A DNA stretch of 64,000 bases from an uncultured Candidatus Saccharibacteria bacterium (GTDB lineage: Bacteria > Patescibacteriota > Minisyncoccia > Minisyncoccales > UBA5738), in NCBI GenBank assembly GCA_964470995.1, contig CAYYEP010000001.1, positions 65,813 to 129,812 on the forward strand, given 5' to 3'. The notes beneath the pieces are model-generated. The model saw only the letters and a program-made list of their open reading frames with translations. It was not told where the DNA came from and did not search any database. The position numbers and the translations under genes were made by a program. The stretch's first letter is position 1; every line of letters starts with the position of its first letter. Positions 1-8,727 of this stretch are shown here, one piece after another.

Positions 1-190
1 ATATTATTTGTTTCTTTTTTCCGGGAACAAGGCTTTTATCGCCTTTTTGATCTTTAAGCCAGAAACCGACCAATACTCCGCCATCTGTCTCAATAAAACC
101 AAAGCCTCCGCCGACGTCGAAACTTATTATAGTCCCGCTTTCCTCTTTGACTTCGATACTTTCTTCCGGTTTTTTTTCAGGAACTAGCAT
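1..190 (-). CDS. partial small protein with a GFGFI (cold-shock-domain-like) motif; 3' end lies off the window
   Basis: Not in the ORF track. ATG at 190-188. Minus-strand translation MLVPEKKPEESIEVKEESGTIISFDVGGGFGFIETDGGVLVGFWLKDQKG... stays open to position 1. RBS is weak. Confidence 0.35.
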   Translation of the reverse strand, partial: MLVPEKKPEESIEVKEESGTIISFDVGGGFGFIETDGGVLVGFWLKDQKGDKSLVPGKKKQII

Positions 191-360
191 TCTACCGCGA
201 TAAACACCAGGCCAGTCTAGATATCCCAATTAAATCGCTCTCCTATTATGCACCAATATAATTAAACGGCGGCAAAAGTCAACAAAAGCGCGTACTATTC
301 GTTGGGAAAGGAAAACAATCTATCCTGCCGCGAGTGGCGGGAATTAGCCCGATTAAATGA

Positions 361-416
361 GTTTACCGAGGTCGCACCTCGACAAGTACATCGAGGAGCG
401 ACCTCAAAATACAAAT
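361..416. repeat. extended-hairpin intergenic repeat, copy 1 of 3
   Basis: GTTTACC-GAGGTCGC-A-CCTCGA-loop-TCGAGG-A-GCGACCTC-AAAATACAAAT. Paralogs at 11441-11498 and 32059-32115 have different inner-stem sequences that still pair. Confidence 0.7.
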
Positions 417-508
417 GATTTTCCCCGGAACAGAGTCCCAATGTATTCCGGCGATTGAATAATCAGATAGGTAATTGCAAGGGCGCGTTCCGGAAAAATT
501 GCGAGGTT

Positions 509-1324
509 TTATTGCGCCGCGGCAATAGCGGAATTTTTTTTGACCCGACCGAAAAAAAGATAGCCGGCGGCCAACAGGAAAAGCACAACACAGGCGGTAA
601 CGGCAGTGATCACGTTGGGATAACGGCTGTCGAAACCGGCGGCGGATGCGTGCTTGACCCAGATACCCGAATACGCCCAAACAAAAACAAGGCAATAAGC
701 GATACTCTTTAGCCGCAGAGTTTGCCAGATACCGATTGCCGCACCCGCAAATAAAATTATTACCGTCCAAATATCATCGGCGATGCCAAATCGATCCCAA
801 CCGATGCTTACCAAAAAAACCGTAACATTGGCGATTGAGGCCACTGTTATCCAACCGAAATACACTGAAAACGGCAGGCGCACAAACAATCTTTCCGCGA
901 CCGACAATTCCCGGCCTGCCAGCGCACCGGAAATTTTTGCCAGCCAATAGAGTATGGCCAGGATAAGCAATACCGAAAGCCAAACCAATTTATAATGCCA
1001 GGCAAATACCCAGCAAGCGTTGGCAACCGAAGTAAGAATGAAATATCTTCCGATTTTTGCTAAAATTTCCCGGCGTTCGGGAGTTTTTTCTTTTTGAAAT
1101 ATCCCGGTCTGGTAAATAACGTGTCCCGCCAGCAATAGATAGATCAATCCCCAAATGGAAAAAGCTATCCCCGCGGGCGCGAAAAGATTGGGGTAAGAAT
1201 CCGAAACCTGGCCCGTGGTCAGGTTGTTGATCGGCAGAAGGTTGGCCAGCGCATTTACCAAAACCATGGCAAGATACGTGGCCGCAATCCCGATCTTTAA
1301 AATACGAATTTCGCTTTTTTCCAT
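509..1324 (-). CDS. integral membrane protein, tentatively TspO/MBR-related
   Basis: 271-aa ORF with multiple hydrophobic helices. N-terminal pattern NALANLLPINNLTTGQVSDSYPNLFAPAGIAFSIWGLIYLLL recalls long TspO/MBR-like proteins. Family call is from memory. Confidence 0.6.
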   Translation of the reverse strand: MEKSEIRILKIGIAATYLAMVLVNALANLLPINNLTTGQVSDSYPNLFAPAGIAFSIWGLIYLLLAGHVIYQTGIFQKEKTPERREILAKIGRYFILTSVANACWVFAWHYKLVWLSVLLILAILYWLAKISGALAGRELSVAERLFVRLPFSVYFGWITVASIANVTVFLVSIGWDRFGIADDIWTVIILFAGAAIGIWQTLRLKSIAYCLVFVWAYSGIWVKHASAAGFDSRYPNVITAVTACVVLFLLAAGYLFFGRVKKNSAIAAAQ

Positions 1325-1335
1325 ATTTTTTAAGC

Positions 1336-1839
1336 TTATGCGATTTTGGCAATAATAACCGTATAATTTTTGCCGTATTTTTTAGCGCATTTGGGACAGG
1401 TGGTGTACCACATATACCATTTTTTAATTCCAAAGTTTTTGCCTTTAGCCAACTCTTCAAAATCCTTGCACCATTTGCCGGTGTCCTTAAAATCGCCCTC
1501 GTAAACCTTGCTCAAAAATTTTCCCGATAGCGTAACGTTTTGCGCCCCGGGAATTTCCTTGTCCACGGCCAGATAAAGATCCATATTCCATTTTGACGTG
1601 TGGTCCGACAGACCAAGATAGTCCGGCACATTAGCTTTCGCTGCGGAAACGGCATTCATCAGCTTGGCGACCACCATCCCGAAATTGACCGGCATAAAAA
1701 ACAGAGTAAAAACATTGCCCTTGATGAATCTTTTATTGTCCCATTTTAATATCTTATCGTCCCAAGGCGCGGGATCGAATTTGGGACAGCACTCGATTTT
1801 ATTTTGGGTATCGCCCAAGGATTGGTTTTGGCTATTCAT
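1336..1839 (-). CDS. conserved hypothetical protein with C-terminal CPKC motif
   Basis: 167-aa ORF, CCPKFDPAPWDDK near the N-terminus and TTCPKCAKKYG near the C-terminus. Tight spacing to the downstream gene. Confidence 0.6.
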   Translation of the reverse strand: MNSQNQSLGDTQNKIECCPKFDPAPWDDKILKWDNKRFIKGNVFTLFFMPVNFGMVVAKLMNAVSAAKANVPDYLGLSDHTSKWNMDLYLAVDKEIPGAQNVTLSGKFLSKVYEGDFKDTGKWCKDFEELAKGKNFGIKKWYMWYTTCPKCAKKYGKNYTVIIAKIA

Positions 1840-1860
1840 AGTTTAAATTAGTTAATTATT

Positions 1861-2208
1861 TTAACATTCAACGCACTTGGCTTTTTTGTCAACCAGTTTT
1901 ATCATTTTCCCCAGTTTTGGTTCGTCGATGCTTTTTAAATCCGGAATTTTAATGTGCCTCATGGTTTTGCCGCCTCCTTCCAAAAAATCAATCTCTTTTT
2001 TATCCAAACCGACAATGGAAAAGCCGACGTGCACCCTGCTTTTCATCGCGGCAATATAAAACTTGCCGCCGGAAAAAACGATCACGCCCCAGCCGTATTT
2101 TTCTTCGCAGTTTTTTATGGTTTTAAAAAAAATTTCGCGAACCGCCAAAATGATCTCCTTTTGCGGAGATTTTTGCCTGTCTATTTATTGTTTTACTTTT
2201 TCGTCCAT
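1861..2208 (-). pseudogene. DUF1801/YdhG-like protein interrupted by an in-frame TAA at codon 8
   Basis: ATG at 2208 gives MDEKVKQ-TAA(2187-2185)-IDRQKSPQKEIILAVREIFFKTIKN..., continuous with tracked ORF 1861..2148. The stop sits where family members typically have Tyr (xxYIxxQ). Confidence 0.55.
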
Positions 2209-2227
2209 ATTAAAACTTACCGATTTA

Positions 2228-2614
2228 CTAATTGTTGCCGCATCGCGAACAAACCCCCCTATGGACGCAAACAATTCCGCCGCATTTTTTACATGTCCAT
2301 TTTTCCTTTTCTTTTCTTAAAAACATTCTGATCCCGTTATTTTGTATAAACTCCAAATTATCGATCATGCTCATGCCGTATTTTGTTTTGTATCTTTTGT
2401 CCAGATTTTTTAACCTTTGGCAAGGATATTTTTCGCATTTGGCGGAGCAAAACCGCCATTTATTTTTATTTAAAATGCCGCAATTTTTGATGACGCATTT
2501 TTGGCAAGTTCCTATTGCTTCGCCCCTGCATCCCGGACAATGGTTCTTTTTCCGAAAATACGCCATGCACAAAGCGCAGTTCATTCCGCAAGGAGCGATT
2601 AAAGTTGATTTCAT
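2228..2614 (-). CDS. DUF3795-like cysteine-rich protein
   Basis: 128 aa. CGMNCALC...CPGCRG...CQKCVIKNC pattern typical of DUF3795. Confidence 0.7.
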   Translation of the reverse strand: MKSTLIAPCGMNCALCMAYFRKKNHCPGCRGEAIGTCQKCVIKNCGILNKNKWRFCSAKCEKYPCQRLKNLDKRYKTKYGMSMIDNLEFIQNNGIRMFLRKEKEKWTCKKCGGIVCVHRGVCSRCGNN

Positions 2615-2787
2615 CTATTTTTCTTTATTCAATTTGTTGTATTGGCCTTCGGTAACAAAAATTCGGCGATGATTCGGGTCGGGCAATTTTTTGCTCTAAC
2701 TTTTGCCTTTGGCCATAGTTCCAGCCGATAACTTTTCCAGTTTTAAGATCGATGTCAATGTAAAATCCGGTATTTGAATCAATTTTT

Positions 2788-3018
2788 TTAGCCATTGCGT
2801 TTCTTCTTTAGGCTCTTATAAATAATTGACGCGCCCGCAATAGAAACAACCGCTCCGGCAATTTTCCAAGCCAATGATTTGCCGGCGATCGGCTGGCAAT
2901 TGGCGAAGCATAATATCGGTTTGACATGCACAAGATCGGATCCCTGCAAAAACCACAGCAAGCCGAGAAGCAAAAGGGCGGTTCCAAAAAATACGCCGAT
3001 TACTTTTTTCTTGTTCAT
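2788..3018 (-). CDS. small membrane protein
   Basis: 76-aa ORF with two hydrophobic segments and a basic C-terminus. Confidence 0.5.
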   Translation of the reverse strand: MNKKKVIGVFFGTALLLLGLLWFLQGSDLVHVKPILCFANCQPIAGKSLAWKIAGAVVSIAGASIIYKSLKKKRNG

Positions 3019-3155
3019 TGAATTATTATATATTACTTTTAATTACAAAATCTTTAAATCCAAATGCTGCTGAAGGAGCCTGATCCGGCAACGCCAATAC
3101 TCCACTGGGGATAGTCCCCCGAAATACAAGGCGTTTCGCGATCCAACGAAAGTGA

Positions 3156-3428
3156 TTATTTTTCTTTCCAATGCCACCACTTAAGTTTCTCCGGATTAGG
3201 ATTTGGATTTTCGGCAAAGTAAACTGCGGCGCGTAATACATACAAAAGGCAACGGTCTTGGATTTTGCCCGCAAGGCGGTTGGCGGCGTCATATAATTTT
3301 TCCGGTTCCTTGCCTTTCAAATCCGCCACTGATTTAATGCCGATGTTTTGCAAATCCCGGGCGATGCTTTCCCCCACCCCGGGAATGGTTTGCAAATCAT
3401 CGACGTGTTTTATGCTTTGCGTATTCAT
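3156..3428 (-). CDS. helix-hairpin-helix DNA-binding protein (pathogenicity-locus/Cdd1-like)
   Basis: LQTIPGVGESIARDLQNIGIKSVADL HhH motif. Start moved to the internal ATG (MNTQSIKH) at 3428. Confidence 0.6.
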   Translation of the reverse strand: MNTQSIKHVDDLQTIPGVGESIARDLQNIGIKSVADLKGKEPEKLYDAANRLAGKIQDRCLLYVLRAAVYFAENPNPNPEKLKWWHWKEK

Positions 3429-3556
3429 AAATCTATTTACCCGCCAGAATATCGCGGAGCTTTGCCCCGGGGATGAATAGCGGGTAATCAAACTTTTCCT
3501 ACTGCGGCGCCTTGAACGCGCGGTAGTTTATTGCCTGGCTTAACTTCAAATATTTT

Positions 3557-4212
3557 TTACCAGAGGCCGTAGATCGGCCCCGTAAAATAGAAAATGATAA
3601 TGCCGATAGAATTGTAGAAACCATGGGCAAAGATCGCCGCCCATAAATTGTTATCATATTTTAGCTTAAGCCAGCTGAAAAGCAGCGCGTCACCCGTGGG
3701 GACAACTACACCAATGAGCCCCTGCTCAACGTGCGCAAGGCCGAACAACAAGCTGGAAGCTCCAATTGCCAGCATAGTTCCAAACAGGCTCTTTACCCAT
3801 AAACCGGCAAGCAACTTTTGAATATAGCCGCGATAGGCAATTTCTTCGCCCACGGCCGCCAGCGTCCAGGAAAGCGTCAGAAGCAACACCAATTGCCCCA
3901 AGTTACCATTAAGATCGGCAAAACCGCTGTAATCAATGTTCGTTCCGGTCAAGCGGTTCATGACCGGCAAAACCACGCCAACATCAAACAATTGCAAAAA
4001 AACACGGCGGCAAAGGCAAAGCCGATCATACGGCTCCATGAACGGGGGCGTTTGAATCCCAGCGACCGGATATGGCCGCGCCGGATAAACAGCGAAACAA
4101 TCATCAATCCCAAAATAATCAAAGTGGGCTGGAAAAGATCGAGCAGTATCGCCGCCACAACCGCGCCGATTTCAGCAATGGAAACAATCCTCCATATTAT
4201 TATTTGTTCCAT
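3557..4212 (-). pseudogene. CPBP (CAAX) family intramembrane protease split by a -1 frameshift in an A7 run
   Basis: N-terminal ORF 3958..4212 and C-terminal ORF 3557..4039 (EEIAYRGY, FGLAHVEQG, AHGFYN motifs). Adding one base to the A7 run at 3996-4002 joins ...AAVFFLQLFDVGVV.... Confidence 0.65.
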
Positions 4213-4294
4213 AATCCATTTAACTATCGGAATACACGGGCCCTTAGTCCATTTAAAAGGGTTCGACTCTTTTAAATAGCTTTAAGACGCTTGA

Positions 4295-5320
4295 TTACTT
4301 GAGATATTTCTCCTCGTAATATTGCGGGAGTTGGCATTGCACGAAACTGGCGCAATCGTTGGGCGTTTTAATATCAATGGCGTTGATGCATTTGACCATC
4401 TCCACGGGCCAAGCGGGGCATTCTTCCATACAAGCGTTATAGGCGTCATTTAAATCGGCCGGAGTGGCGTCTTCGGTGAAAGCGGCACAGTCCTTATGCC
4501 TTTGGCAGGCATCGCTGCATTTGTCGGAAACCGGCTTTTTAGCCGGCGCGTCCTCCTGGCACAACGCTTTCAATCGTTGCAAAATATCGATTATTTTTTG
4601 CCCGGCATCTTCCATCTGGAAAATCGGTTCGTTGGGATCGATAATGTCGGCCTCATTGATCTCGGGCAGGGGCGGCACATCCGAAGTAAGCTCGGGAACT
4701 TCGGAGCCCGGCCGGCCGGGATTGATTTCGGGCATTTCGGGAATATAATCCCCGGTCTCGATCGATTCGATATTTATCTCGGGGAGAGGCGGCACATCGG
4801 GGGTTAATTCCGGCACCTGCGAACCGGGCGTTTCTTCGATGATTATCGAATTGGGATCGATTTCGGGGAGGGGCGGCACATCGGGGGTGAGCTCGGGTAC
4901 TTCGGATCCGGGAATTATTTCCACGCTGACATCGGGGAGGGGCGGCACATCGGGAGTTAACTCCGGGACTTGGGAACCCGGGCGGTTCGGATCGTTTTGA
5001 TCGCGTATTTCCGGCTCCACATCCGGCAATTTGGGCACGCTATCCAGCCATTCATTTTTTTTGGCATCCAAATCCGCCAGCTTGTTTTTCAATTCCTCAA
5101 TCTTTTGATTAACATCTTTTTTGTTGCCGCAATCCGCGCCGGCGGCCGTTTCCAGGTTTTTTGCCTCATCCAGCAATTTTTGGTAATCTGCGGCAATGCT
5201 TTGCGGACTGTCCAAAGTATTTTTTTTATTTGAATCAAAAAAATGATCCGCCGCAAAATAACCGCCGATCGCCAAAACCACCGCCGCCGCGCCCATTAAC
5301 ACTTTTTGAATTATGCTCAT
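4295..5320 (-). CDS. secreted or anchored protein with five proline-rich tandem repeats and a Cys-rich C-terminal domain
   Basis: N-terminal TM/signal sequence, coiled-coil-like segment, 5x PGS(Q/E)VPELT(P/S)DVPPLP(D/E)(V/I), then 8 Cys in the last ~90 aa. Confidence 0.75.
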   Translation of the reverse strand: MSIIQKVLMGAAAVVLAIGGYFAADHFFDSNKKNTLDSPQSIAADYQKLLDEAKNLETAAGADCGNKKDVNQKIEELKNKLADLDAKKNEWLDSVPKLPDVEPEIRDQNDPNRPGSQVPELTPDVPPLPDVSVEIIPGSEVPELTPDVPPLPEIDPNSIIIEETPGSQVPELTPDVPPLPEINIESIETGDYIPEMPEINPGRPGSEVPELTSDVPPLPEINEADIIDPNEPIFQMEDAGQKIIDILQRLKALCQEDAPAKKPVSDKCSDACQRHKDCAAFTEDATPADLNDAYNACMEECPAWPVEMVKCINAIDIKTPNDCASFVQCQLPQYYEEKYLK

Positions 5321-5333
5321 ATAATTTTTTTCG

Positions 5334-5561
5334 CTATTTTTGGCAAATTACAATTTTTCGATCTCTTTCAAATCCTTGTCGGGCAAGTAAAGAATCAACA
5401 ATCCCGCGATAATCCCCACCAGCCCGGTCAACAAATGACTGCCGCCAAACAGCCGCACCATATTCCAAATACGCCCCAATTTCCTTTTCAATGTCGCCAT
5501 ACTGCGTATAAAATTCGCCGCTCTTTGCCCTTTTTGCATTTGTCAGATTGCTGTTTGCCAT
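5334..5561 (-). pseudogene. N-terminal stub of an adenine-specific DNA methyltransferase
   Basis: MANSNLTNAKRAKSGEFYTQYGDIEKEI matches the characteristic N-terminus of EcoRI-methylase-like enzymes. The rest of the reading frame is unrelated and short. Confidence 0.45.
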
Positions 5562-5564
5562 ATT

Positions 5565-5726
5565 TTAATTCCGGTAATCCCTTATCAAGAGGCCGCCTTT
5601 GACTCTTTTGACGGTTACTTTTTGTTTCTCGCGCCAGCCGAGATTGCGCACCTCGTCTATCGGCAGTGTCAGGCCGATGCTTCTTTTGCCAACGCGGGTT
5701 AATTTGCGGATTTCTTTGTTTTGCAT
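5565..5726 (-). CDS. AbrB/MazE/SpoVT-type small DNA-binding protein (intact copy of a 3-member family)
   Basis: MQNKEIRKLTRVGKRSIGLTLPIDEVRNLGWREKQKVTVKRVKGGLLIRDYRN. Start at the internal ATG 5726. Degenerate paralogs at 8543-8644 and 9920-10030. Confidence 0.6.
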   Translation of the reverse strand: MQNKEIRKLTRVGKRSIGLTLPIDEVRNLGWREKQKVTVKRVKGGLLIRDYRN

Positions 5727-5731
5727 AATTT

Positions 5732-5766
5732 TGATACTTACCCTGTTACGTAACATGCTACTTACC
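5732..5766. promoter_or_regulatory. operator-like repeats upstream of the AbrB-like gene
   Basis: Two copies of (T/A)TGaTACTTACC-like 12-mers (5732-5743, 5755-5766) flank the palindrome GTTACGTAAC. The same 12-mer is triplicated at 10046-10081. Confidence 0.4.
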
Positions 5767-5804
5767 CCAGTTTTAATCCAAAAGCGTCTATTTGCAAACA
5801 AAAA

Positions 5805-6206
5805 CTATGATACAATCTGGCTGCAATATTTGCAGCGTTTGGCGGCAACCGGAATTTCGCTCAAGCACTCGGGGCATTTTTTAACAGAAGGTTGGGCAAC
5901 TGCATCTTTCTTGGAACGGTTGACCAGCATATTCATCGGCTTGACCACAAAGAAAAATACCGCACCGGCCACCAGAACAAACGAAATGATCGCGTTGATA
6001 AAATGGCCGAACATAAATTTGCTGCCGTTTACCGTGAAAAACAATCCACCAAAATCCGGCACCTTGGCTACCGCCGCGATGAGCGGCGTCAAAAGGTCGG
6101 CGACCAACGCGGTGACCACCGACCCGAAAGCCGCGCCGATCACTACGCCCACGGCCAAATCCACCACGTTCCCCCGCAACAAAAATTGCTTGAAATCGTT
6201 TAACAT
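5805..6206 (-). CDS. mscL: large-conductance mechanosensitive channel MscL with C-terminal zinc-ribbon tail
   Basis: MLNDFKQFLLRGNVVDLAVGVVIGAAFG signature. C-terminus CPECLSEIPVAAKRCKYC. Confidence 0.9.
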   Translation of the reverse strand: MLNDFKQFLLRGNVVDLAVGVVIGAAFGSVVTALVADLLTPLIAAVAKVPDFGGLFFTVNGSKFMFGHFINAIISFVLVAGAVFFFVVKPMNMLVNRSKKDAVAQPSVKKCPECLSEIPVAAKRCKYCSQIVS

Positions 6207-6256
6207 ATTTTTTATTATTTTAATTTCCGATACGGTAATTTAAAAACCGAATCTCA

Positions 6257-7159
6257 CTAAAATAAGTTAGTCGGCGGCTCTTTCAGATAAGCCTCTATAT
6301 TATCAATCATCATATCATTGGCAATCCGGGCGGTAACATCGGTGTTAAACGCAATATGCGGCGTCGCCAATATTCTACCGCTTGTTAAAAGTTTCTGATA
6401 AAAATCATCACTCGCATCACCAACCCGGGCATCGCCCGCATCAATGGCCGCACCTGAAATATTTTTCCCCAAGCAAAATAATAATGCATCAATATCGTAT
6501 ATTTTCGAACTCGTGACTGAAATAAAATAGGTTCCGGTATTGAGCGATGCAAAAAATTTCTCATTAAGCATCCCAACCGTTGTCGGGTTTTGACTTAGGC
6601 AGTTAATCACGATATCCGCACCCTTGGCGCTTTCCATAATATTATCGCCCTGCCTGAAAAAAATAACATCCATGCCGAATACGTCACAAATTTTTCCAAC
6701 CTTGGATCCGATATTACCTACCCCCAATATGCAAACCTTTTTTCCAGCCAATCCAAGAGTACGTCTCGGCAAATTGTATTTCGCTTGCTTCACCGAATTT
6801 ATTTGCTTTGGCAAATCTCGCAGCAGATTTATCATCATGCCGATTATCCATTCCGATACCGCATCTTTATTGCAGCCCGGTGAATTCGCGACCTTGATAT
6901 TTTTGGCTCTCAATTTCTCCGCGTCCATCCAACCGATGCCAACGAGCGGCAATGAAATAAAAACATTTTCCAACTCATAAATTTTTTGCCGCAGGCCAAA
7001 GCTGCCCGTGCAAATAATATCAAAACCCCGGCATCTATCAAGCCAACCCTCAGGCGATTCCGCCGCATCATTATAAATCTTCACTTCACCCAAATTATTT
7101 AACCGTTCAATTTGGTCCGGTAACAAATCCAATCCTTGCGCAATCACAATTCTATTCAT
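6257..7159 (-). CDS. D-isomer-specific 2-hydroxyacid dehydrogenase family protein
   Basis: NAD-binding GLAGKKVCILGVGNIGSKVG and a C-terminal catalytic-domain pattern (ATPHIAF). Confidence 0.75.
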   Translation of the reverse strand: MNRIVIAQGLDLLPDQIERLNNLGEVKIYNDAAESPEGWLDRCRGFDIICTGSFGLRQKIYELENVFISLPLVGIGWMDAEKLRAKNIKVANSPGCNKDAVSEWIIGMMINLLRDLPKQINSVKQAKYNLPRRTLGLAGKKVCILGVGNIGSKVGKICDVFGMDVIFFRQGDNIMESAKGADIVINCLSQNPTTVGMLNEKFFASLNTGTYFISVTSSKIYDIDALLFCLGKNISGAAIDAGDARVGDASDDFYQKLLTSGRILATPHIAFNTDVTARIANDMMIDNIEAYLKEPPTNLF

Positions 7160-7196
7160 AGAATTTATTTAAATACTTGCAACAATAACTTTTTTA

Positions 7197-7760
7197 TTAA
7201 TAATACTTCTCAATCCCTCCAAAACCAAATTGCTTGTTTTGTCCGGACTTTTTTATGAGATTGGCAAGGCGTTTCTCAAATTCCGCAGGGTGGGATCGCG
7301 CGCTCTCAACATAGCCAACGCGGATTCTTTGGTAGGCTGGAGAAAATTTGCGGAAATTGTCCCAAGCAATTTTGTTGGCTTTAATCTTGGCCATAATGTC
7401 CGGCGGAAACACAAACTTTTTCGCCAACACCGCCTCAACCTCTTTTCGCACCGCCGGAATCACCCTTCCTTCCGCCGCCAGCCGCCGCAACCGCTCAATA
7501 TTCGCCTGCGAATATCCGCTCTTGGGATTGCGCGGCGTAAATCTCTGCGCCAAGGAAAATTCATCAATCTTCTTCACAGTACTATCGATCCACCCAAAAC
7601 AAAGCGCGACCTCGACCGCATCATTGTAAGCTATGCGCGTTTTCCCGGATTTTTTATTGTAATACACTAACCATATCTCCCTTTCAATATCGCGATTCTT
7701 CTTCAGCCAATCATGCCATTTATCCCTTCCGGTAACATATAATTTTTTTCCTATTTCCAT
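7197..7760 (-). CDS. YdeI/OmpD-associated family protein
   Basis: GWIDSTVKKIDEFSLAQRFTPRNPKSGYSQANIERL pattern typical of the YdeI family. Confidence 0.7.
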   Translation of the reverse strand: MEIGKKLYVTGRDKWHDWLKKNRDIEREIWLVYYNKKSGKTRIAYNDAVEVALCFGWIDSTVKKIDEFSLAQRFTPRNPKSGYSQANIERLRRLAAEGRVIPAVRKEVEAVLAKKFVFPPDIMAKIKANKIAWDNFRKFSPAYQRIRVGYVESARSHPAEFEKRLANLIKKSGQNKQFGFGGIEKYY

Positions 7761-7903
7761 TGAACAAATAATTATTTATTATTCGTTTTTATAGCTTCTT
7801 TACTAAATCTATGAATTTTAACAATGATTTTTCATGCGTTCTTTGTAAAACTTAATGGAATTCATGTGGTCAAAGGCGATTTCGCTTTCCGGGGGCAGCG
7901 CCG

Positions 7904-8506
7904 CTAATGGAAACCATTGTTGTTGGTCGCTCTCATCGTCGGCCGCGCCAATCTTTTCCCGCGCGGTGCAAAAAGCCCGGAAGCTTCTTTTTTATCTTGC
8001 AGGCTCCGCCTCAAATCAGCGATCGCTTCCTTTAATTCCGTGGCGGTTACTGCCGCCTGTTTTTTTGTCGCCCCCGACGTTGGCAACGATGATTTGTCGT
8101 AAAATTCGTCGTAATCCTTGGCAATCCGTTTGCGATCAATAGTGTAGCCTTTCAATATGTGCTGGCGAAGCGTTTTTGTCGCCCACTGGCGGAAGGCAGT
8201 GGCGGTTTTGGAATTCACGCGATAACCACCGATATAATCATATCCAGATTGTAATGTTTGATATCGCGCACAACCTCCCTACCCCCTTCCTTTTGAACTA
8301 TCCGGAAATTCCGGATAGTTGTCTTTTCATTTAATTCCCCGACTTTATAGATATTTTTGATATGTTCATTGATAGTCCTCAAATCAACCCCAAAAGCCGC
8401 CGCAATCTGCGCTTGCGTCGCCCAAATCGTTTCCTTTTTAAAACCGCCATTGAATTCAAGCGCGCCGTTTTTGCCTGATAGATGATAATTTCTTTTTTTG
8501 CGGCCA
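7904..8506 (-). pseudogene. RhuM-family (virulence-associated) gene with at least two -1 frameshifts
   Basis: ATG at 8506 gives MAAKKEIIIYQAK. A shifted frame gives NGALEFNGGFKKETIWATQAQIAAAFGVDLRTINEHIKNIYKVGELNEKTTIRNFRIVQKEGGREVVRDIKHYNLDMIISV. Then ORF 7904..8218 begins VNSKTATAFRQWATKTLRQHILKGY. The shifts map to a T5 run (8467-8471) and a CC/GG run (8226-8227). Confidence 0.6.
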
Positions 8507-8542
8507 TCTTTTTTTTCAAATTTTTTTAAGCCCCAATCATAG

Positions 8543-8693
8543 CTAGCTTTTTTCTTTCAATTTTAAATTTCTTACCTCCTCTATCGGCAGGGCCGGGAAG
8601 AAAGGACGTTTACCGATGCGGGTTAGTTTGCGAATTGTTTTATTTCACAACAGAATACCTACTTTTTGCGTTAACAAAATTGCTGTTTGCCAT
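8543..8693 (-). pseudogene. AbrB-like remnant (copy 2) preceded by a 17-codon methyltransferase N-terminal stub
   Basis: Stub MANSNFVNAKSRYSVVK* (8693-8640). AbrB remnant NKTIRKLTRIGKRPFFPALPIEEVRNLKLKEKS* has no start codon, and TGA sits where codon 2 is expected. Confidence 0.5.
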
Positions 8694-8727
8694 AATTTTA
8701 CCCCACTTAACCATCGCGCAAAATTGA

